From Candidatus Magasanikbacteria bacterium GW2011_GWA2_56_11 (GTDB lineage: Bacteria > Patescibacteriota > Patescibacteriia > Magasanikbacterales > UBA922): 52,074 nucleotides of DNA. Position numbers and translations under genes: made by a program. A model generated the notes under the pieces. The model was given only the letters and a program-made list of their open reading frames with translations. It did no database searches and was not told the origin of the DNA. Positions 45,507 through 52,074 of this stretch are shown in pieces. Within the stretch, counting starts at the first letter, position 1. Each line of letters starts with the position of its first letter. The DNA lies in NCBI GenBank assembly GCA_001004885.1, contig LCRX01000005.1, positions 1-52,074 of the forward strand. Direction: 5' to 3'.

Positions 45507-46274
45507 ATGTTAGAAACTGGCATTCAAGCGGCCCTGCAGGCCAGCAAAGTGGTGGAAGGCTACTTCGGCCATTTACCCACCGTGGGCTACAAGGACCCGC
45601 TGCACCGCGATCTGGTAACGATGGCAGACAAAAAATCCGAAGAGGTTATCAAGGAGATTATCCTATCCCATTATCCCCACCACGGCTTTTGGGGCGAAGA
45701 GAGCGGGCAGCACGGCCTATCGAACGAGTACGTCTGGATTGTCGATCCGCTGGACGGCACCACGAACTTTACTCTTGACCTGCCCCTGTATTCAGTCTCC
45801 CTGGCCCTCATGCACAAAAATGAAATCGTCCTGGGAATAGTGTACATTCCAAAAACCGAAGAGCTCTTTTACGCCGAACGCGGCCGCGGAGCCTTTGGCA
45901 ACGACAAAAAATTGGCAGTCTCAAACACCGGCAGTCTGGCGCAGGCCGCCTGCTCGGTCGAGTACTGGTCAAAAGACTACGAACATATCGAGCAGGGTCT
46001 GGCGGATTTTACCTTTTTTGCCCGGCGGACAAAAAAAATCCGCAGTCTGAGTTCCTCGATCCTCGAATTGTGTTTCGTGGCCAAAGGCAGTCTCGACTTT
46101 TGCGTGCTCGATACCTATTTTTTGGATTTGGCCGCCGCCAAACTTATTGTCGAGGAAGCCGGCGGACGGTGCACGCTCTCCGACGGACAGCCGGTAAAGC
46201 CCGGCTTCGACCGCCGGCTCATGCGCATAATCGCCTCCAACGCCGCTCTGCATCCGCAGATTGTTACTCGCTAA
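45507..46274 (+). CDS. Inositol monophosphatase family (SuhB/FIG) phosphatase
   Basis: DLVT.AD..SE, GEE, WIVDPLDGTTNF, DLAAA.LIVEEAGG. Confidence 0.92.
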   Translation: MLETGIQAALQASKVVEGYFGHLPTVGYKDPLHRDLVTMADKKSEEVIKEIILSHYPHHGFWGEESGQHGLSNEYVWIVDPLDGTTNFTLDLPLYSVSLALMHKNEIVLGIVYIPKTEELFYAERGRGAFGNDKKLAVSNTGSLAQAACSVEYWSKDYEHIEQGLADFTFFARRTKKIRSLSSSILELCFVAKGSLDFCVLDTYFLDLAAAKLIVEEAGGRCTLSDGQPVKPGFDRRLMRIIASNAALHPQIVTR

Positions 46275-46281
46275 CCCGGCA

Positions 46282-46337
46282 AAAACAAAAACCGGGACAA
46301 CCTCCGCGTTAAAAGCGGCTGTCCCGGTTTTTGTTTT
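46282..46337. terminator. Bidirectional terminator
   Basis: 18-bp perfect IR AAAACAAAAACCGGGACA/TGTCCCGGTTTTTGTTTT between convergent genes. Confidence 0.75.
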
Positions 46338-47382
46338 GTACTTTACATTTTGTCGCGCCACAAAGATTAATGTGGTGGGACGCGCGGCTCACGTCGCTGC
46401 GCTGGGCGACCCCGGTCCCAGGTTTGCCAACCGTGATGGCGGCAGCCTTGGTACCGGCCAGGATGGCCTCCTGGAGGGAAGCACCCATGGAGAGCCAGAC
46501 AGCGGCCGTGGCCACGAGACTGTCCCCGGCGCCGACCACGCAGACTGGATCCTGGTTCAGGGCTGGAAAGTGTTCCGGATCGCGGTCGCTGGAGTAGAGC
46601 CAGGCTCCGCCCCGGTCAGCCGTGATGAGAACATTCGTCGCGAGCTCCTGCTCGAGTATCACGCCGGCGGCGTGCATGTCCTCGTCCGAGGGAAATCCCC
46701 CGCTCTCCAGGCCCAGTGCGTAGGCTGCCTCGGCGCTGTTCAGCTTCAGCAGGGTGGAGTACACGCAGTACTCCTTGAGCCACTCCAGCGGCTGCGGATG
46801 GAAGTCCGCAATCAGGAGTGCTCCACGCCGCTCGGCCTCGCGGCCGACGGCCCGGACCAGAGACGGCGGCATGCCGCCCCGTCCGAAGTCCGCGACCACG
46901 AACACGTTCGCGCGCGGCGACTCCTGGATGCCAGCGAGCAGACGCGCCTCGACCTCCGGCCGAATAGCGCTCTCAGATCCTCGCTCGACGCTCCAGAGCT
47001 CCTGTTGGGTGTCCCCCTGAAGGAGAAGCGTCCGCCGCTTGCGCGCCATGGGACGCGACTCTGTCACCGGGTGTACACTGACACCCATGGCGTCCAGGCC
47101 GGCCAGGAACCTGGCCGCCTGCCCAGGAGCCTCTTCGGACCCGAGCGCGAAGTGGCACTCGACCGGAAAGCCTAGTCCGGACACGCACCGCGCCAGGGTG
47201 GCCACGCCACCCGGCAGCTCTATCCTCCTACCTTCCACCTCGCGCCAACGTCCGGCGCCAGGGCCATGAGGCAGCTCGCGGGAGACACGATGTCCGTCCC
47301 GCACCACTACCTCGTAGACGTCATACATAACGTCGCCAACACACAAGATGCCAATCCCCGCGGCGACAGGTGGTCTAAACAA
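46309..47382 (-). CDS. PfkB-family kinase resembling the HldE/RfaE kinase domain, divergent
   Basis: VGDVMYDVY, PGG, VADFGRG, KLNSAEA, VVGAGDS, A.ITV.KPGT; TTG start after a GGGAGGT SD. Confidence 0.8.
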   Translation of the reverse strand: MFRPPVAAGIGILCVGDVMYDVYEVVVRDGHRVSRELPHGPGAGRWREVEGRRIELPGGVATLARCVSGLGFPVECHFALGSEEAPGQAARFLAGLDAMGVSVHPVTESRPMARKRRTLLLQGDTQQELWSVERGSESAIRPEVEARLLAGIQESPRANVFVVADFGRGGMPPSLVRAVGREAERRGALLIADFHPQPLEWLKEYCVYSTLLKLNSAEAAYALGLESGGFPSDEDMHAAGVILEQELATNVLITADRGGAWLYSSDRDPEHFPALNQDPVCVVGAGDSLVATAAVWLSMGASLQEAILAGTKAAAITVGKPGTGVAQRSDVSRASHHINLCGATKCKVQNKNRDSRF

Positions 47383-47588
47383 CCGAACCTCCCTTTCGCC
47401 CGCCCTTCCCTATGCTCCCTATGCTACCACGGCCAAAGCATATTCTCAACGGTTCGTCAATACCTTTTTTGGCCTTATTTTTTGGCTTTATTTAGGAATC
47501 AGAACTGGTCTGGCCCATCGCCAGCTTTTATGCCCAGAGCAAGTGCATATTCACTGAGAAATCACGGACAAGTGCTTACCAGAAGCAC

Positions 47589-47615
47589 AAAAAGCCCGCT
47601 CTCTAGAGAGCGGGC
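47589..47615 (-). terminator. Intrinsic terminator after the PRTase gene
   Basis: GCCCGCTCTC-ta-GAGAGCGGGC with a T tract on the minus strand. Confidence 0.75.
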
Positions 47616-47643
47616 CAACGGATAAGCCGCTAAAAACTTACCC

Positions 47644-48165
47644 CTAACCTACTACCGCGCTTGCTTTGAGTTTTTTCCAAGGGTAAACCGGCCATTGCCG
47701 GATTTCTTGGCCGTAATAATTGGGGACAAATTCCGCCCACGGCTGCTTGTACAACACGGCGTACTTTACCTCTGCCGGGTCTTTGATCGCCAGATAGGCG
47801 CTGACCAGCTTTAGCGTCTGGCCGGAAACCACCATTTCGTCCACCACCAGCACCCTAAGCCCCTGAACGTCTTTGGACAACTCCTGCGATATCACCGGCC
47901 GCTCGCGCAAGTCCTGGTCCTGGCCGTCGCGTTGAGTCTTGGAAAAATCTACCTTGATAACGTAAAGCTGTTTGTTGCCCAGGGCGTACGATATGAGCGA
48001 GGCCGGGATGAGTCCCGAACGGGCAATGGAGATGATAACGTCCGGCTCGAACCGCTCGGCTTTCATTTGCGTGATAATATTCATGGCCGCGTCTTCCACG
48101 TCGGGCCAGGTTAGGTGCATCTCTCCTTCGCTTTGGTCATAATAACTTTGCGCGATGACGTTCAT
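47644..48165 (-). CDS. Type I phosphoribosyltransferase (purine PRT-like)
   Basis: IARSGLIPA, VLVVDEMVVSGQTL PRPP loop, W.VYPW. Confidence 0.85.
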   Translation of the reverse strand: MNVIAQSYYDQSEGEMHLTWPDVEDAAMNIITQMKAERFEPDVIISIARSGLIPASLISYALGNKQLYVIKVDFSKTQRDGQDQDLRERPVISQELSKDVQGLRVLVVDEMVVSGQTLKLVSAYLAIKDPAEVKYAVLYKQPWAEFVPNYYGQEIRQWPVYPWKKLKASAVVG

Positions 48166-48241
48166 AGCTAATCGAAGCAATTACATTAACCCCTCCGGAA
48201 TTATTTATCCAGCGGCGATTCATTCTGAGCCAGCCTGCTGG

Positions 48242-49318
48242 CTAGGCCACTGTTACTTCCGGGCAAAGATAGACATCCTGCACGGCCTGCAGGAGCTGCA
48301 CGCCCTCGGAGAGCGGCTTCTGAAAGGCTTTGCGGCCCACTATGAGCCCCATGCCGCCGGCACGCTTGTTGATCACTGCCGTGCGTACCGCCTCCGCGAG
48401 ATCGTTTTCGCCGCTCTCGCCGCCGGAGTTGATCAGGCCGACCCGGCCCATATAGCCGTTGGCCACCTGGTAGCGGCACAGGTCAATGGGGTGCTCGCTG
48501 GCAAGCTCAGAGTACATGCGCTCGTCGTATTTGCCGAATTTCTTGTCGCCGCTGTTGAGCGCCTGGTACGCGCCGTTTTTTAGGGGCAGTTTCTGCTTCA
48601 CTATATCCGCGCCAAGAGTGGCGCCCAAGTGGTTGGCCTGGCCGGTCAGATCGGCCGCGTCGTGATAATCGCGCCCGTCCACTTTGAATCCGCTGTTGCG
48701 CAGGTAGCACCACAGCACCGTAAATAGGCCCAGGCGGTGCGCTTCGGCAAAAGCCGCGCCGACCTCTTGGATTTGGCGGCTCGACTCGGCGGAACCGAAA
48801 TAAATAGTGGCGCCGACCCCGCGGGCGCCCATATCCAAAGCTTGCTGCACGCTCGCAAACATTATCTGGTCATAGGTATTGGGGTAGCGCAAAAAGTCGT
48901 TGTGGTTCAATTTCACGATAAACGGAATTTGGTCCGCGTATTTTCTGCTCACCATGGCGAGTACGCCGAGTGTCGAGGCTACGGCATTGCAGCCGGCCTC
49001 GACGGCCAGCTTGACGATATTTTCCGGATCGAAATAATCCGGATTTTTGGCAAAACTCGCCCCGGCCGAGTGCTCTATCCCCTGGTCAACCGGCAAAATA
49101 GACACGTAGCCGGTGCCGGCCAGGCGGCCGTGATCGCGCAAAGCCTTGAGACCTTCGAGAGTCTTCGCCGAGCGGTCGGACGAATATAAAATTTCGTCGA
49201 TAAATTCCGGTCCGGGAACGTGAAGGCGCCCGCGGGAAATTTTAGGCGAGTGGAAAGCCAAAAGATTCTCGGCCTCGCCGCCCAAAATCTCTGTGATAGT
49301 GCTGTAAGTGTGGGACAT
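48242..49318 (-). CDS. fbaB: Class I fructose-bisphosphate aldolase (FbaB/DhnA type)
   Basis: [31 protein letters not shown] Schiff-base Lys, NSGG, GRKAFQ. Confidence 0.95.
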   Translation of the reverse strand: MSHTYSTITEILGGEAENLLAFHSPKISRGRLHVPGPEFIDEILYSSDRSAKTLEGLKALRDHGRLAGTGYVSILPVDQGIEHSAGASFAKNPDYFDPENIVKLAVEAGCNAVASTLGVLAMVSRKYADQIPFIVKLNHNDFLRYPNTYDQIMFASVQQALDMGARGVGATIYFGSAESSRQIQEVGAAFAEAHRLGLFTVLWCYLRNSGFKVDGRDYHDAADLTGQANHLGATLGADIVKQKLPLKNGAYQALNSGDKKFGKYDERMYSELASEHPIDLCRYQVANGYMGRVGLINSGGESGENDLAEAVRTAVINKRAGGMGLIVGRKAFQKPLSEGVQLLQAVQDVYLCPEVTVA

Positions 49319-49323
49319 AAAAT

Positions 49324-50265
49324 TTATTTAATCCGATGCATAGTTTTTAAAAATCTGACGGTGCCGGTTTTGACGCGCATCACGACCGAATGCGTGAGAC
49401 AGTAACCGGGAACAAAGCGCACTCCGGGCAAAAGCGGCCCGTCAATTACGCCGGTAGCGGTGAAGGTTAAATCGTCGCCCCTGGCCAAATCATCCAGCGT
49501 CAAAATTTTTTCGCTGTCGGCTACCCCCATCTGCCGCAGCGTTTCTTTTTGAGCCTCATTTTTGGGCGCGAAAACGGCCTGTAAGTCGCCGCCCAGACAC
49601 TTTATGGCCACGCTGGCCAAAACGGCTTCGGCGCTGGCACCGATGCCCAGGAGAAGATCAATGCCGGAGTCCGCCAGCGACGGAGCGATCGCCCCGGCCA
49701 CGTCCCCGTCGGAAATGAGCCGCACCCGGGCGCCGGCGCGGCGAATTTCTTTAATCAGTTCCTCATGACGCGGACGATCGAGAACGACCACGACCATATC
49801 GGAGACATTTTTGCCCAGCCGGTCGGCCACGCGCCGGATATTATCAGCGGCTGGCGCCTGAATCTCTATAGCGCCGCGAGCGGCCGGGCCGCAGGCGATT
49901 TTGTTCATATACATGTCCGGCGCGTGCAAAAGCGAAGACTTCGCTCCGGTGGCAATCACGGAGATCGCGTTGGGGACGCCGTTAGCCACGCTATCGGTGC
50001 ACTCCAACGGGTCAACGGCGATGTCGAGCTCTACCCCCTGGCCGGTGCCGAGATTTTCGCCGACGTACAATTCCGGCGCCTCGTCCTTTTCTCCCTCGCC
50101 GATAACCACCTGCCCCTTGAAATCAATATAATTAAAACGCTCGCGCATCTCGTCCACGGCCGCTTGGTCAGCGGACTTCTTATCACCGCGTCCGATCCAC
50201 TGCGCGGCCGCGATGGCGGCGGCCTCGGTTACCCGGACAAATTCCAAAGCCAAGTTACGGTCCAT
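49324..50265 (-). CDS. glpX: Class II fructose-1,6-bisphosphatase
   Basis: [44 protein letters not shown]. Confidence 0.95.
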   Translation of the reverse strand: MDRNLALEFVRVTEAAAIAAAQWIGRGDKKSADQAAVDEMRERFNYIDFKGQVVIGEGEKDEAPELYVGENLGTGQGVELDIAVDPLECTDSVANGVPNAISVIATGAKSSLLHAPDMYMNKIACGPAARGAIEIQAPAADNIRRVADRLGKNVSDMVVVVLDRPRHEELIKEIRRAGARVRLISDGDVAGAIAPSLADSGIDLLLGIGASAEAVLASVAIKCLGGDLQAVFAPKNEAQKETLRQMGVADSEKILTLDDLARGDDLTFTATGVIDGPLLPGVRFVPGYCLTHSVVMRVKTGTVRFLKTMHRIK

Positions 50266-50398
50266 AGTCAGTTTATGCCTCCTGATTAAAGTCCCTTAAA
50301 CCCAGGGTGCTACTTATAGTACAATAAAACCGCCCCAGCAGCAAGCGGGGCGGCCGGGGCTGTGCGTAAAAAAACACAGCTCAACTGAGCCAAAATTA

Positions 50399-50659
50399 TT
50401 ATTTAGTTTCCAAGTTTATGGCCATGTCCCAAATCTCGTCGGCCTCGTATCCCAGGTCTATCTCATCGGCGTGGTCGCTGTGCCACTGTTCAAAAGCCAC
50501 CCGCAACTCGTCGACGTCCGACGCGTTCTCGAGAGCGTCTTCCAAGAGAGCGTACTTCTCCTCGTGAGAACGAGCCACTTCTTCTTCCAATTCTTCAAAT
50601 AAATTGCGCATGTGGCCAAGCAGCGATTCTTTGACAGATTCGTAGCGCTCTTCGTTCAT
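50399..50659 (-). CDS. Small acidic helical hypothetical protein
   Basis: 86-aa ORF with 27 Asp/Glu; TG-N-TATAGT promoter-like box upstream. Confidence 0.7.
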   Translation of the reverse strand: MNEERYESVKESLLGHMRNLFEELEEEVARSHEEKYALLEDALENASDVDELRVAFEQWHSDHADEIDLGYEADEIWDMAINLETK

Positions 50660-50820
50660 AGGCGACGATTAGAAGTTAAGACATTAATCGAGCACACTAT
50701 AACACAAGAGTCCGCGCCTGCAAAGAATAACCTTGTGGACAACGACCAGCCCGCCACGTAATTATGCCGCTCCTGATTTCCCCGTCGGCGAGGACTTCAG
50801 GAACGGCAGCGAGGGGTGAT

Positions 50821-51411
50821 CTACCGGCCGATGGCGTACTGCGCCCACCAAGCCGCGCTGTACAACAGTGCGGCGGCCAAGCCGGCGGCGGTATCATCCA
50901 ACATGACACCCAGGGGCGTGTCTTTCAGCCGCCGCTCGATCCAGGCGATAGGCTCCGGCTTACGGATGTCAAGCAGACGAAAAACCACGAACAGACAAAC
51001 AAGGGCCGGTATGCCCTTGACCATCCGAAAGTGCTCGGAGGCGGCAAACCAATCCACGAACCAAACTGGCAGCCCGGCCAGCATCTGGCCGTGGAACTCG
51101 TCTATGTTCACCGCCCCCGTGTCGCTGCTTGTTGTTTGCCCCGTGTGCCGGAAGCCAGCCTCCGGCCACCGTCGCAGCATGTAGGCCTGGCCGCGTTTGA
51201 CCGTAACCCAGCCGACGACGAAGCTCGCCAGCGCCAACACGGCGACCACGGCCACTCCGCTGCCGTTCAGGTAGAGAAAAATCTGAACGGCCAGCGCCAG
51301 AAGCGCGCCCACCGTGCCGCCGCCGGCTCCCCGGCGGCTGAACCAGCGACCGCTGCCAAACGTGGTCGCTGCCCAGTAAGACAAAAGACCGACTTTATCG
51401 TCCCCTCGCAT
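50821..51411 (-). CDS. pgpA: Phosphatidylglycerophosphatase A family protein
   Basis: ATTFGSG, GGTVG, VNIDE..G, FRLLDI.KP.PI...ER, GVMLDD.AAG; GGAGGG SD. Confidence 0.82.
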   Translation of the reverse strand: MRGDDKVGLLSYWAATTFGSGRWFSRRGAGGGTVGALLALAVQIFLYLNGSGVAVVAVLALASFVVGWVTVKRGQAYMLRRWPEAGFRHTGQTTSSDTGAVNIDEFHGQMLAGLPVWFVDWFAASEHFRMVKGIPALVCLFVVFRLLDIRKPEPIAWIERRLKDTPLGVMLDDTAAGLAAALLYSAAWWAQYAIGR

Positions 51412-51498
51412 CGCACCCTCCGCCGTTTACGATGGGATGACACTACCACATACAGAAGAACCGGTCAATAAAATTTGACGAAATAAAAAAGACCCAAA

Positions 51499-51606
51499 TC
51501 TTGGCGGCGGCCTACTCTTGCCTTGCGACTACCATCGGCGCTGACGGGCTTAACTGCCGTGTTCGGGATGGGAACGGGTGTACCCCCGCCGCTCAAACCA
51601 CCAAGA
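51499..51606 (-). rRNA. rrf: 5S rRNA (short, about 108 nt)
   Basis: Minus strand carries CCCGTTCCCATCCCGAACACGGCAGTTAAG and GCCGATGGTAG...GAGTAGG; the ends pair and extend into a processing stem. Confidence 0.93.
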
Positions 51607-51739
51607 TTTGGGTCTCTTTTTTTCGCCCGTCTTGGCCCTTTGGGCCAAGACGAACCTATTTACCTTTACCAATAACCAGGTAATTTCTTGCGTCCGCTTG
51701 GCCCCTTGGGCCAAGGCGGGCGAAGCACAACTGAGTGCT

Positions 51740-52074
<335 letters not shown>

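Noticed and set aside
51501-51683. 60-aa ORF
   Set aside because: Lies antisense to the 5S rRNA.

Overview
Bacterial chromosomal window, mostly minus-strand housekeeping and carbohydrate genes. It ends in the 3' end of an rRNA operon (5S plus partial 23S). Several traits suggest a Patescibacteria/CPR organism: VirB2/TrbC-like Cys-rich pilin, housekeeping genes without Shine-Dalgarno sites, CCA-less tRNAs, tRNA-Ile(UAU) and shortened rRNA helices. That assignment is inference. No CRISPR array, transposase or prophage was seen. Best leads: (1) an operon with a GlmU uridyltransferase-only gene, glmS, yvcK and a GNA1-like GNAT, suggesting a non-canonical UDP-GlcNAc route; (2) four ~150-165 bp nested-palindrome elements with shared ends, three of them overlapping stop codons; (3) a membrane-anchored Clp ATPase with only one AAA module; (4) a three-gene split ATP-citrate lyase with an embedded membrane-protein gene; (5) an unannotated 46-aa histone-H1-like gene behind a candidate four-way-junction leader RNA; (6) a tRNA-Ile with UAU anticodon; (7) a subset of divergent genes with strong Shine-Dalgarno sites. 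All family calls come from motif recognition by eye; no searches were run.
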